Of a stretch of 64,000 bases of DNA, positions 19,304 through 29,009 are shown one piece after another. Position 1 is the stretch's first letter; the number at the start of each line of letters is the position of its first letter. The position numbers and the translations under genes were made by a program. Source of the DNA: an uncultured Chloroflexia bacterium (GTDB taxonomy: Bacteria > Chloroflexota > Limnocylindria > Limnocylindrales > CSP1-4); contig CAVVJT010000007.1 of assembly GCA_963748625.1 (NCBI GenBank), positions 1,056,001 through 1,120,000 on the forward strand. Reading direction: 5' to 3'. The notes under the pieces were generated by a model, which was not told the origin of the DNA, did no database searches, and saw nothing but the letters and a program-made list of their open reading frames with translations.

Positions 19304-21571
19304 ATGTCGTTCGATCGTCTGGGCCGCTTCACGGTCCGCCGTCGGTGGTGGATCGTCGGGGCATGGGCCGTCCTCATCCTCCTCGCCCTTCCCCTTGCGC
19401 CCCGTGCGCCGGGGGCGCTGTCCGCGGGCGGCTTCATCCTCGACGACCTCGAGTCCGCCCGGGCCAAGGCGCTCCTGCAGGCAGAGCTGGGCGTGGAGCC
19501 GTCGGCGTTCGTGCTGGTCTACCAGTCGGACAGCCTGACGGCCGGCACCCCGGCCTGGATCGCCGCCGTAAGGGAAGCCACCCAGGACGTCGCCGCGGCC
19601 CCCCACGTCACCCGCGTGCTGAGCCACGTCCTGAGTCCGCGCCAGGTGAGCGCGGACGGGCGCACCGCGTACGACATCGTCTTCCTCGACCTGCCGCCCG
19701 ACGACTCACCCGACGCGATCCCGCCCGTGGCCGCCGCGCTGCGTGAGGTGCCCGGTCTGAAGGTGAGCATCGCCGGCGGCCCCGCCTTCTACGGCGACGT
19801 CCAGAAGGTGACGGAGGACGACTTGCGCCGCAGCGAGATCATCTCGCTCCCGCTCGCGGCCCTGGCCCTGGTCCTCGTGTTCGGCAGCCTCGTGGCGGCC
19901 GGTGTGCCGCTGGCGGTCGGCGGGGCGTCCGTCCTCGTCGCGCTCGCGGGAATCTTCATCGTGGCCAGCCTCATGCCGATGAGCATCTTCGTGCTCAACC
20001 TGGCCACGCTCCTCGGCCTTGGCCTGGGCGTGGACTACTCGCTGCTCATGACCAGCCGATTCCGCGAGGAGCTGGCCCACCGCGAGGGTCCCGACCGCGT
20101 GGCGGAGGCGGTCCGCGTGACCGTCGCGACAGCCGGACGCGCCGTGTTCTTCTCCGGCCTCACCGTCCTGCTCGGCCTCCTGGGCCTGGTCCTCTTCGAG
20201 TTCATGATCCTGCGCTCCGTGGGCATCGCGGGCGCGCTCGTGGTGGGGCTCACCGTGGCCGCGGCGCTCACGTTGCTGCCCGCCATCCTCGCGATCCTGG
20301 GCACCCGCGTGGACGCCTGGTCCGTGCGCAAGGTCACCGTCGAGCCGGGCGCCGACGGCCCCTGGGCGCGGCTCGCCCGGCGGGTGATGCGCCACCCGGT
20401 AGCGGTGCTCGTGCCCACGCTCGCGATCCTCCTCGTCCTTGGCCTCCCGTTCCTGAACGTCCGCTTCAACGCTCCGGACGCCACGATCCTGCCGGCCGAC
20501 GTCCCGTCCCGCGAGGCGTACGACACGCTCGCCCGCGAGTTCGGTGAGGGCGAGTTCGCCCCGATGGTGCTGGCGATCCGCACGCAGGGGGACGTCACCG
20601 ACCCGGCGAACCTGGCGAAGCTCCACGACTACTCGCGTCGCCTGGCGGCCGACCCGCGCATCAGCCGCGTCAGCAGCCTCGTGGACATCGACGAGCGTCT
20701 CACCCTCGAGCAGTACCAGCTGCTGTACGGCGCGCAGTCAGGACCCCCGGACCGCTTCGTGGCCGCAACACTTGGCCAGCTGGCCAAGGACGACCTGACG
20801 GCCTTCACCATCACCACGCCGTACGGCCCCAACAACGATGCGGCGCGCGCCCTCGTGCGCGAGATGCGCGATCCGGCGAGTCCGCTCGCGCCACCCGCAG
20901 GCATGGAGGTCCTGGTGGGCGGCGGCGCTGCCGACGTGGACGACGTGGTGAGCCGCGTCTGGTCCGACTTCCCGCGCACGGCGGCCTTCATCGTGATCAC
21001 CACGTTCATCGTGCTGTTCGTGCTGCTGCGCTCCGTCGTGCTGCCGGTCAAGGCGCTGGTGATGAACACCCTCTCGATCGTGGCCAGCTTCGGCGCGCTC
21101 GTCTGGATCTTCCAGGAGGGGAACCTCTCGGCCCTGCTCGACTTCCAACCACTCGGGTTCGTCGAGACCACGCAGCCGGTGATCCTGTTCTGCGTCCTCT
21201 TCGGCCTGTCCATGGACTACGAGGTCTTCCTGCTCTCACGCATGAAGGAGGCCTGGGACAAGACGGGCGACAACACCGAGGCGGTGGCGCGCGGCCTCGA
21301 GCGGTCGGGCCGGATCGTGAGCTCCGCCGCGCTCATCGTCGTCGTCGTGGCCGGGTCCTTCGCCTTTGCCGACATCGTGCTCATCAAGGCCCTGGGGCTG
21401 GGCGTGGCGATCGCCGTCGCCCTGGACGCCACCATCGTGCGCGCGCTCCTGGTGCCGGCCACCATGCGCCTGCTCGGGAAGTGGAACTGGTGGGTGCCGC
21501 GCCGCCTGGACCGGGCGCTGGCGGGCGTCCTGCCCAAGACTGAGGCGGAAGTGGAGGCCGCGGTCAGATGA
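19304..21571 (+). CDS. MMPL family RND transporter
   Basis: GLGLGVDYSLLMTSRFREE, TAGRAVFFSG, FGLSMDYEVFLLSRMKE, LDATIVRALLVPA. Confidence 0.95.
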   Translation: MSFDRLGRFTVRRRWWIVGAWAVLILLALPLAPRAPGALSAGGFILDDLESARAKALLQAELGVEPSAFVLVYQSDSLTAGTPAWIAAVREATQDVAAAPHVTRVLSHVLSPRQVSADGRTAYDIVFLDLPPDDSPDAIPPVAAALREVPGLKVSIAGGPAFYGDVQKVTEDDLRRSEIISLPLAALALVLVFGSLVAAGVPLAVGGASVLVALAGIFIVASLMPMSIFVLNLATLLGLGLGVDYSLLMTSRFREELAHREGPDRVAEAVRVTVATAGRAVFFSGLTVLLGLLGLVLFEFMILRSVGIAGALVVGLTVAAALTLLPAILAILGTRVDAWSVRKVTVEPGADGPWARLARRVMRHPVAVLVPTLAILLVLGLPFLNVRFNAPDATILPADVPSREAYDTLAREFGEGEFAPMVLAIRTQGDVTDPANLAKLHDYSRRLAADPRISRVSSLVDIDERLTLEQYQLLYGAQSGPPDRFVAATLGQLAKDDLTAFTITTPYGPNNDAARALVREMRDPASPLAPPAGMEVLVGGGAADVDDVVSRVWSDFPRTAAFIVITTFIVLFVLLRSVVLPVKALVMNTLSIVASFGALVWIFQEGNLSALLDFQPLGFVETTQPVILFCVLFGLSMDYEVFLLSRMKEAWDKTGDNTEAVARGLERSGRIVSSAALIVVVVAGSFAFADIVLIKALGLGVAIAVALDATIVRALLVPATMRLLGKWNWWVPRRLDRALAGVLPKTEAEVEAAVR

Positions 21572-22839
21572 GCGGTCGTCTACTTGCACTCGCGCTCCTG
21601 GCCGCCACCGTCGTCGGCGCCTGCAGCGGACCGGTCCTCGCCAACCCGCCGGCGGCCCGGCCCGCGCCCACGGCCGCCCCCGAGCCCACCCCGCGGCCCG
21701 CCGACCCGCAACCCGTGGTCCTCCCACGCGACGACGCCCCGCACGACCGCCTCACCGAGTGGTGGTACTACACGGGACACCTCGTCTCCGACGACGGCGC
21801 CCGTTTCGGCTTCGAGTACGTGGTGTTCCGGGCCGAGCGCGGCAGCTTCCCCGTCACGTGGGCCAGCCACCTCGCCGTCACCGACGAGGACGGCGATCGC
21901 TTCCACTACGCCCAGCGCGCCGAGATCGGCCCGCAGGTGGACCGCTCGCCCGCCGGTCCGGGCGCCGCCGGCACCGGTGGCAGCTCCGGGGACGGCCCCG
22001 CGTTCGACTTCGCCATCAGCGGCTTCGACCCCGCTGATCCCCTGCGTCCACCGGGTGACCCGTGGACGATGGCCGGCGTCGGCGGGCAGGACGCCCTGCG
22101 CGCGCTGGCATCCGGGGCGGACGTCCTGGGCGACCCCCTCGCGACGCTGGGTCTCGACCTGCGCCTCGACGCCGTCAAGCCCGCCGTCCTCCATGACCAG
22201 GACGGCTGGATCGACTTCGGGGCGGCCGGGGGCTCGTACTACTACTCGCGGACGGCGATGGACGCCGTTGGCACCGTGACCCTGGGCGACCGCGAGTTCG
22301 CGGTGACGGGCGACGCCTGGTTCGACCACCAGTGGGGCGACTTCATCTCCGTCGGCGCAGGCGGCTGGGACTGGTTCGCCATCAACCTCGAGGACGGCAC
22401 GGACGTGACGCTCTCCCTGGTACGCGCAGCCGACGGGTCCTACCCGCTGGTGTACGGGACGGCGGTGGATGCGGCGGGAGCGACGACGCACCTGGGCGCG
22501 GGCGACTTCGACGTCGCGATTCTCGACGAGTGGACCAGCCCGGCGACCGGCGCGACCTACCCGTCCGGCTGGCGGGTGGAGATCCCGTCCCTGGGCCTGG
22601 ACCTCGACGTCATGCCCACCGTCCTGGACCAGGAGCTCGACACGCGTGCCACCACCGGCGTCGTGTACTGGGAGGGCTCGCAAGCGGTGACGGGGACGCG
22701 AGATGGTCAGCCGCTGACGGGGCGCGGGTACGTGGAGCTGACGGGATACGCCCCGGCGACGGGATACGCTCCGGCGACGGGATACGCTCCGGCGACGGGA
22801 TACGCTCCGGCGACGGGATACGCCCCGGCGACCCGCTGA
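21568..22839 (+). CDS. lipocalin-like AttH/CrtC (carotenoid 1,2-hydratase-like) lipoprotein
   Basis: EWWYYTG, SYYYS, AWFDHQWG, GWDWF, YWEG, GRGYVELTGY; VGA-C lipobox; ATGA-coupled to MMPL. Confidence 0.88.
   Translation: MSGRLLALALLAATVVGACSGPVLANPPAARPAPTAAPEPTPRPADPQPVVLPRDDAPHDRLTEWWYYTGHLVSDDGARFGFEYVVFRAERGSFPVTWASHLAVTDEDGDRFHYAQRAEIGPQVDRSPAGPGAAGTGGSSGDGPAFDFAISGFDPADPLRPPGDPWTMAGVGGQDALRALASGADVLGDPLATLGLDLRLDAVKPAVLHDQDGWIDFGAAGGSYYYSRTAMDAVGTVTLGDREFAVTGDAWFDHQWGDFISVGAGGWDWFAINLEDGTDVTLSLVRAADGSYPLVYGTAVDAAGATTHLGAGDFDVAILDEWTSPATGATYPSGWRVEIPSLGLDLDVMPTVLDQELDTRATTGVVYWEGSQAVTGTRDGQPLTGRGYVELTGYAPATGYAPATGYAPATGYAPATGYAPATR
22741..22830 (+). repeat. 18-bp tandem repeat x5 encoding TGYAPA
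   Basis: ACGGGATACGC(C/T)CCGGCG x5. Confidence 0.95.
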
Positions 22840-22858
22840 CGCGAGCTGCTCGATCCTC

Positions 22859-23338
22859 TCAGCCGGACTCGGGCTGCACGGAGCTGCGCCGCAGGGCGAG
22901 TCCTGCGACCACCAGGGCCACGACAACCGTGACCGCGTAGCCCACGCACCAGGCGCAGATCGCCTCGATCACGAACAGCTCCAGGAACGTGAGATACGCG
23001 ACGAAGCCCGTGCCGAGCAGGAGCAGCAGGTAGGCGACCAGCAGCGCCCGGCGGTCCGTCCGCAGCCACCAGACCACCGCAAGCGCCACCAGCAGCACGG
23101 AGCCGGCGAGGCCGTACACGGCAACAGGAATCCCGAGGATCTCGGCGTACTCCGACGCGGCCACGAGATCGCAGCCGTGGGAAGGACCGCAGACGGCGTT
23201 CGTACCGAGCAGGCGCACGGCCGTCAGGTAGCCGGCGATCGCGGCCCCCGCCAGCGTGACAAGCACCAGGAGCAGGCCGAGCGGACCCCTGTGGACCCGC
23301 CCGATCGGTGCGCGAGCGGCGACGGGGTCCGCCGTCAG
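22859..23338 (-). CDS. vitamin K epoxide reductase (VKOR) family protein
   Basis: CGPSHGCD.V..S.YA..LGIPVA..G and CAWC motif; start uncertain (possibly CTG overlapping the DsbA stop). Confidence 0.88.
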   Translation of the reverse strand: MTADPVAARAPIGRVHRGPLGLLLVLVTLAGAAIAGYLTAVRLLGTNAVCGPSHGCDLVAASEYAEILGIPVAVYGLAGSVLLVALAVVWWLRTDRRALLVAYLLLLLGTGFVAYLTFLELFVIEAICAWCVGYAVTVVVALVVAGLALRRSSVQPESG

Positions 23339-24159
23339 GGCTGGGTGCTCGCCGGCGCGCTGCTCTCGGCCAGCGCGGCGTCGATCAGCGCGGACCACTC
23401 CGCCGCGGACTTGAGCCCGACGTACTGCGTGCCGTTGAGATAGATGGTGGGCGTCGAGTTGATGCCCAGCTGGGTCATGGCGACATCCGTGATGGCGTTC
23501 ACGGAGTCGAGGGCCGGCTGGCCGTCGATGCAGCTCGTGAGCGCCGCCTCGTCAAGGCCCGCGGCGACACCGATCTGGATCACGCGCTCCTTGCGGAAGC
23601 CGCCGGTGTTCTCGCCGTCCTGGTTGTTGAAGACCCAGTGGCTGTAGTCGTAGTACTTGCCCTGTTCGTTGGCGCAGAACGCGCCGAGGGCCGGCGTGAG
23701 GGACTCGTCGCCACCGCGGCCGAGCAGGTTGATGTCGTGGCTCAGCACCTGCATCTGGCCCGTGGCCACGTACTTGTTGACGAGCGAGGGCAGCACGTCG
23801 AGCGCGTTCCTGGCGCACACCGGGCACTGGTAGTCGCCGTACACCTCCATGACCACGGGCGCGCCGTCCTGGCCGAGCGTGGTGCCGCTCACCAGCTCTG
23901 CGGGGTAGCTGAAGCCCGGATCCTTGAGCGTGCCCGTCACCTTGCCGCCCAGCTGGTTGACGGCGACGAAGCCGACGATGAGCACGCCCACCACCACGCC
24001 CACGATGGTCATGGTCCTGGTGTTGATCCAGGACGAGCCGCCGCCGGAGCCCGACTGGCCCGACTTGCGCGCCGCGCGGTCGGCCTCGAACCGGTTCTGG
24101 CGCTCGGCGGCGCGGCGCTCTCTGCGGGTCGTCGTGGGAGTGTTCTTGCTGGCGCTCAG
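23335..24159 (-). CDS. membrane-anchored DsbA family thioredoxin
   Basis: YGDYQCPVC, GINSTPTIYLNG; N-terminal TM; GGAGG 6 nt before CTG24159. Confidence 0.88.
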   Translation of the reverse strand: MSASKNTPTTTRRERRAAERQNRFEADRAARKSGQSGSGGGSSWINTRTMTIVGVVVGVLIVGFVAVNQLGGKVTGTLKDPGFSYPAELVSGTTLGQDGAPVVMEVYGDYQCPVCARNALDVLPSLVNKYVATGQMQVLSHDINLLGRGGDESLTPALGAFCANEQGKYYDYSHWVFNNQDGENTGGFRKERVIQIGVAAGLDEAALTSCIDGQPALDSVNAITDVAMTQLGINSTPTIYLNGTQYVGLKSAAEWSALIDAALAESSAPASTQP

Positions 24160-24268
24160 GGGAGGCCTCCGGATGGTGGTGCCACGAATGGGCGGGTTGG
24201 TGGCGTTCAGCGTGACGGCAGAGCCGAAGGCGACATTGTGCGGCAAACCCGCCGGTCAGGCCGCGAGG

Positions 24269-24310
24269 CATGTATTCAAGCCCTCTACGACGTGCATTCA
24301 GGCCTTCTAC
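24269..24310. repeat. imperfect 22-bp-period direct repeat in the divergent promoter region
   Basis: CATGTATTCAAGCCCTCTAC / CGTGCATTCAGGCCTTCTAC. Confidence 0.6.
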
Positions 24311-24327
24311 ATGATACCGTGTCTCAT
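24311..24327 (+). promoter_or_regulatory. putative Fur/Zur box overlapping a -10 element (TACCGT)
   Basis: ATGATACCGTGTCTCAT fits the TGAnAnnnnnTnTCA 7-1-7 dyad; directly before a metal ABC operon that encodes a Fur-family regulator. Confidence 0.6.
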
Positions 24328-25272
24328 ATGGAACCCATCGAGCCATCCCCATCCGGATCATCGGGCAGCGCGGCCGGAGCGCACCCGTCCGCTGCCCCCG
24401 TCGCCGGAGCCCACGATCATGGGCACAGCCACGACAGCCCGCTCGATGCCGCGCACGCCCTCGCGCACGCGGATGTCTGGCTGAGCGACGTCTCGGCGGG
24501 GTACGGCGACCGTGTCGCCCTGGAGCACGTGTCGATCGCCGTCGAGCCCGGCAGCCTGCTCGCGGTGGTGGGACCCAACGGGGCCGGCAAGAGCACCCTG
24601 CTCAAACTCATGGCCGGGCTCGTGACGCCGTGGACGGGACGGATCCAGATCCTGGGAGCCCCCGCGGGCCGCGAGGCCCGGCGGGTTGCCTACGTCCCCC
24701 AGGCGGAGCTCGTGGACTGGCAGTTCCCGGTGACCGTCGAGGACGTCGTGATGATGGGCCGGTTCCCGCGCCTCGGGCCGGTCCGCCGTCCCGGTCGCGA
24801 CGACCGCCGCGCTGTCGTGGATGCGCTCGAGATGGTCGGCATGGCCCACCACCTGCGCACCCAGATCGGGCGCCTCTCGGGTGGCCAGCGCCGGCGGGTC
24901 TTCCTCGCCAGGGCGCTCGCGGCTGAGCCCGACCTGTTCCTCCTCGACGAGCCGGTCACCGGCATCGATCCCACCACCCAGGAGCTCCTCATGGACATCC
25001 TGGAGGGGCAGGCCGCGCGGGGCAAGACCGTCGTTGCCACCACGCATGACCTCGCCTGTGCCGCGGGCCGCTTCCAGCAGGTGCTCGCGGTGAACCGCAC
25101 CGTGGTTGCCTACGGCCCGTCGAACATCGTGCTCGACGCGAACGTCCTCGCGGCGGCCTACGGTGGGCACCTGCTCATGCTGGAGGGCCAGACCGTCCTG
25201 CTCGACGACGCGCACCACCACGACGATGCCGCGCCCGGCGAGCGGCACTTCCACGAGCAGGGCCAGAAGTGA
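24328..25272 (+). CDS. Zn/Mn ABC transporter ATPase (ZnuC/TroB-like)
   Basis: GPNGAGKST, AYVPQ, LSGGQRRRVFLARAL, LLDEP; His-rich N- and C-termini. Confidence 0.92.
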   Translation: MEPIEPSPSGSSGSAAGAHPSAAPVAGAHDHGHSHDSPLDAAHALAHADVWLSDVSAGYGDRVALEHVSIAVEPGSLLAVVGPNGAGKSTLLKLMAGLVTPWTGRIQILGAPAGREARRVAYVPQAELVDWQFPVTVEDVVMMGRFPRLGPVRRPGRDDRRAVVDALEMVGMAHHLRTQIGRLSGGQRRRVFLARALAAEPDLFLLDEPVTGIDPTTQELLMDILEGQAARGKTVVATTHDLACAAGRFQQVLAVNRTVVAYGPSNIVLDANVLAAAYGGHLLMLEGQTVLLDDAHHHDDAAPGERHFHEQGQK

Positions 25273-26177
25273 TGGACATCCTGCTGGAACCTCTTGCCTC
25301 GCCGATCATGCAGCGAGCGCTGCTGGCATCGGCCATGGTCGGCATCGTGTGCGCCATCGTCGGCACCTACGTGGTCCTGCGCGGGATCGCCTTCATCGGC
25401 GACGCCATCGCGCACGCGGGCTTCCCGGGTGTGGTCGTGGCCTACATGCTCGGCTTCCCCTACTACATCGGGGCGGCAGTGGCCGCGGTCCTCACCGCCC
25501 TCGCGATCGGGGTGGTCACCAAGCGTGGCGGCATCCGCCAGGACACCGCCATCGGCGTGCTCTTCGCAGGCACGTTCGCGCTCGGCGTCTTCCTGTTCAG
25601 CGCCATCGACGGCTACGTCGCCGACCTGTTCAGCTTCCTCTTCGGCAATGTCCTCGCCATCGGCACGGCGGACCTCGTGGCCCTGCTGGTCCTGGGATCC
25701 GGCGTCATCGTGGTGATCGGGATCCTCTGGAAAGAGCTGCTCTACGCCACGTTCGATCCGCTGGGGGCCGCCGCCTCCGGCATCAACGTGGACCGCCTCG
25801 AGTACCTGTTCCTCGCCCTGGTCGCCGTGACCATCGTGGTGAGCCTCCAGGCCGTGGGCATCATCCTGGTGGTGGCGATGCTGATCACGCCGGCGGCCAC
25901 CGCCCAGCTGCTCACCGTGCGCTTCGTCCGGACCATGCTCGTGGCTGCCGTCGTGGGCATCACCAGCTCGATCATCGGCCTGTATGCGTCGTACTGGCTG
26001 GACGTCGCCAGCGGTGCCACGATCGTCCTGGTCCAGACCTCGATGTTCGTCCTTGCGCTCCTGTTCGGGCCCCGCGGGCTCCTCGCGCGGCGGGGCGGGC
26101 ATGGCGTCGCGAACCGGTCGGAGCGGGAGGCCCTTGAGGCCTTGGAGGCCGCGGAAGGCGCGGAAGGCGCGGCATGA
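25272..26177 (+). CDS. Zn/Mn ABC transporter permease (ZnuB-like)
   Basis: [36 protein letters not shown]. Confidence 0.92.
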   Translation: MDILLEPLASPIMQRALLASAMVGIVCAIVGTYVVLRGIAFIGDAIAHAGFPGVVVAYMLGFPYYIGAAVAAVLTALAIGVVTKRGGIRQDTAIGVLFAGTFALGVFLFSAIDGYVADLFSFLFGNVLAIGTADLVALLVLGSGVIVVIGILWKELLYATFDPLGAAASGINVDRLEYLFLALVAVTIVVSLQAVGIILVVAMLITPAATAQLLTVRFVRTMLVAAVVGITSSIIGLYASYWLDVASGATIVLVQTSMFVLALLFGPRGLLARRGGHGVANRSEREALEALEAAEGAEGAA

Positions 26178-26653
26178 GCCCGACGCACCACCACGTGCGC
26201 CAAGCCACCGAGCACGCGGGCGACCACATGCTCGATGCGCTCGGCCGGGCGGGCGAGCGGGTCACCGAACCGCGCCGCGCCGTGGCACAGCTGGTCGCCG
26301 CGCATGACGGCCACTTCACCGCGGCCGACCTGGTCGAGGAAGCGCGAGACGCGTACCCGCGGCTGGGCAGGGCGACGGTCTTCCGGGCCCTCGACCTGTT
26401 CGCTGGTCTCGGGCTCGTCGAGCGGATCGACATGCCCGATGGCGGCCACGCCTACGTGGCCTGCGACACCACCCATCACCACCACCTGATCTGCACGTCG
26501 TGCGGACGGGCGCTCGACGTGGACGACCCGGGCCTGGCCGAGGTGCTCGAACGCATCGGCGCACGCGCGGACTTCGCCGTCACGGCGCATCGGCTTGAGC
26601 TGTTCGGCGTCTGTGCCCCCTGCAGGGTGAGCGCCTCCAGGGAGCGAACATGA
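26174..26653 (+). CDS. Fur family regulator (Zur-like)
   Basis: RVTEPRRAV, ATVFRAL, HHHHLICTSCG, C-terminal CAPC. Confidence 0.9.
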   Translation: MSPTHHHVRQATEHAGDHMLDALGRAGERVTEPRRAVAQLVAAHDGHFTAADLVEEARDAYPRLGRATVFRALDLFAGLGLVERIDMPDGGHAYVACDTTHHHHLICTSCGRALDVDDPGLAEVLERIGARADFAVTAHRLELFGVCAPCRVSASRERT

Positions 26654-27591
26654 CCGGCTCGTCCATCACCCGCCGGGGCGCGGGAACCGCCATCGCGATG
26701 GCAGTCCTGCTGGCCGCGCTCGTCGGAGCCTGCGGGGGCAGCGCGCCGACGCCGGCGGCCGGGGGCGCGCCCGTCAAGGTCGTCGCCACCACCACCGTCT
26801 TCGCCGACCTCGTCGCCCAGGTGGGCGGCGACCGCGTCGAGGTCTCCAGCCTCGTGCCCAAGGGCGGCGAGGTCCACACCTTCGACCCGACGCCCAGCGA
26901 CATCCGACGCGTGGTGGAGGCGGACCTGATCGTCCGCAACGGCCTGGGCCTGGACGACTGGCTCGCCGCGCTCGTGGCGGATGCGGGCGCGACCGCCCCT
27001 GTCGTGGTCCTCGGGGAGGACCTCGACGGCGTGGACTACCTCGGCGGCGATCCCGATCACGGCGAGGAGGTCAACCCGCACCTCTGGCTCGACGTGGCCT
27101 ACGCGAAGGCCTACGTCGGGCGCATCGCCGCGGCCCTGTCGGCTGCCGATCCTGACGCCGCCGCGGGCTACCAGGAGCGGGCAGCGGCCTATGGCGCTGA
27201 GCTTGCGACACTGGACACGGAGATCCGGGAGCGCCTGGGCGCCATCCCGGAGGCCGACCGGCTCGTCATCTCCTTCCACGATGCCTTCCCGTACTTCGCC
27301 CGCGCCTACGGGCTGGTGATCGACGGCACGATCGTGGAGGCACCGGGCCAGGATCCGAGCGCGGGCCAGATCGCGGACCTCGTCGCCGCGATCGACGACA
27401 AGGGGATCAGCGCGATCCTGGCCGAGGTCCAGTTCAACGACGAGCTGGCCCAGGCGATCGCGGCCGAGACGGATGCCGTGGTCGTGAGCGACCTGTACAC
27501 GGACACATTGGGTGACGCCCCCCTGGACACGTATGGCGCGATCATGCGCTCCAACGTGGACCGCATCGTGGAGGCGCTCTCGGGCAGGTAG
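26650..27591 (+). CDS. metal ABC transporter substrate-binding lipoprotein (ZnuA/TroA-like)
   Basis: VHTFDPTP, NPHLWLD, FHDAFPYF; VGA-C lipobox. Confidence 0.92.
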   Translation: MTGSSITRRGAGTAIAMAVLLAALVGACGGSAPTPAAGGAPVKVVATTTVFADLVAQVGGDRVEVSSLVPKGGEVHTFDPTPSDIRRVVEADLIVRNGLGLDDWLAALVADAGATAPVVVLGEDLDGVDYLGGDPDHGEEVNPHLWLDVAYAKAYVGRIAAALSAADPDAAAGYQERAAAYGAELATLDTEIRERLGAIPEADRLVISFHDAFPYFARAYGLVIDGTIVEAPGQDPSAGQIADLVAAIDDKGISAILAEVQFNDELAQAIAAETDAVVVSDLYTDTLGDAPLDTYGAIMRSNVDRIVEALSGR

Positions 27592-27795
27592 GCCACATGG
27601 CCCGGGAGTGCGGCCAGGGCACGCGGTACCCCGGTCCCACGCTCCCGCCAGGACCATCGACTGCCCGGCAGGTGAAACCTTCGGGCGCTTGGGCGCCTCG
27701 GAGTCTCGCCACACACTTCCGGGAGTTGCCATGACCCACGCCCTGCGTCCCCATTCCCTCTGCAGCCCCTCGCCGCGATCCGCGGACAGGCCGGC

Positions 27796-28500
27796 ATGCG
27801 CCTGAGCCCCACCCTCCTGGTCGCCCTCGGCGCCATCGTCACGCTCGTGGCGCTCGCCATCACCGACCAGGTCGTCCCCGCATCCGATCCCCGCACCGCC
27901 GAGGTGCGGCCGTGGATCGCCGCGCGGGCGCTCGGTGTCACCGCGTACCTGCTCCTCGCCTTCGAGGTGGCCCTTGGACTCGTGTTGAGCCATCCGCGCA
28001 ACACGTCCGCGTGGCGCAAGACCAGGCAGATCCTCCCGTGGCACGAGCTGGTCACGGTCTTCCTGGGCGCATTCCTTGCGCTCCACATCGTCCTGCTCGC
28101 GGTGGACGAGTTCGCGGGCGTCGGCTGGATCGGCGTGTTCGTCCCGGGCAGCGGCACCTACCGCCCGCCCGCGATCGCCGTCGGTTCGGTGGCGATGTAC
28201 GCCCTGGTCATCACCGCGGTGACCGCGAAGTGGGCGCGCCTCCTGCCATCAGGCTGGTGGCTCAGGATCCACCGATTTGCCGCCGTCGCCTTCCTGCTCA
28301 GCTGGGTCCACGCGATCCTCGCGGGCACCGATGGGGGCGCCCTGACCCCGCTCTACCTCGCCACGGGCCTGCTGATCCTTGCGCTCGGCACGCACCGCTG
28401 GTGGACCTCAAAGGTCCGCCCCCAGCGTTCGTCGCCTGCGGGCGATGCGCCCCTCGCCCTCGCCCGGTCCCGGCCGGCGTCGTCCCCGGAGGAGTCGTGA
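27796..28500 (+). CDS. ferric reductase-like (MsrQ-like) transmembrane cytochrome b
   Basis: ~6 TM with paired His (WHE...ALH; RIHR...WVH), ARALG..AY.LL, AGTD motifs. Confidence 0.82.
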   Translation: MRLSPTLLVALGAIVTLVALAITDQVVPASDPRTAEVRPWIAARALGVTAYLLLAFEVALGLVLSHPRNTSAWRKTRQILPWHELVTVFLGAFLALHIVLLAVDEFAGVGWIGVFVPGSGTYRPPAIAVGSVAMYALVITAVTAKWARLLPSGWWLRIHRFAAVAFLLSWVHAILAGTDGGALTPLYLATGLLILALGTHRWWTSKVRPQRSSPAGDAPLALARSRPASSPEES

Positions 28501-29009
28501 TGAACCGAGAACTAGTGACCAGGTGGGCGCGGCGCGGCGCCGTCCTCGTGACGACTGCGGCGGTGCTCGTCGTGGGCGTGAGCACGGTGCAGGTGGCGGC
28601 TGACTGGCGCAAGGCGTCGGCGCCGCTCGACACCGCCCCTGTGGGCATGAGCACCATCGAGGACGACTTCACCGCCGAGACCGGGCGTACGGATGAGCTC
28701 TCGGGCCAGATCGACGACGTTGCCGCGCAGATCTCGGACCTCAAGGTCGCACTCATCGCCGCGAACGGGTCCATGGCAACCGACCAGGAGCAGGCGACGG
28801 TCCTCCAGGCACAGCTCGAGAGCTCCGCCGCGAAGCTCAAGACCCTCCAGCGCCAGCTCAAGGCAGCGCAACGGCGCTTGACCGAGCTCAACCGCGCGGC
28901 CGCACGGCAAGCGGAGCTCAACCGCCAGGGTGGCGCGCGGAGCGCGGGCTCCGGGACTTCGACGCGGCCCCCGGCCGATGACGACGATGGGGAGGAGGAC
29001 GATGACTGA
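28500..29009 (+). CDS. membrane-anchored coiled-coil protein with acidic tail
   Basis: N-terminal TM, heptad-rich middle, DDDDGEEDDD C-terminus. Confidence 0.75.
   Translation: MNRELVTRWARRGAVLVTTAAVLVVGVSTVQVAADWRKASAPLDTAPVGMSTIEDDFTAETGRTDELSGQIDDVAAQISDLKVALIAANGSMATDQEQATVLQAQLESSAAKLKTLQRQLKAAQRRLTELNRAAARQAELNRQGGARSAGSGTSTRPPADDDDGEEDDD

Noticed and set aside
22741-22830. 18-bp x5 repeat as a CRISPR array
   Set aside because: No spacers; coding tandem repeat at a gene 3' end
24236-24270. c-di-GMP-I riboswitch (GGCAAACC)
   Set aside because: No following GNRA stem or GCAAAGC-type second hairpin
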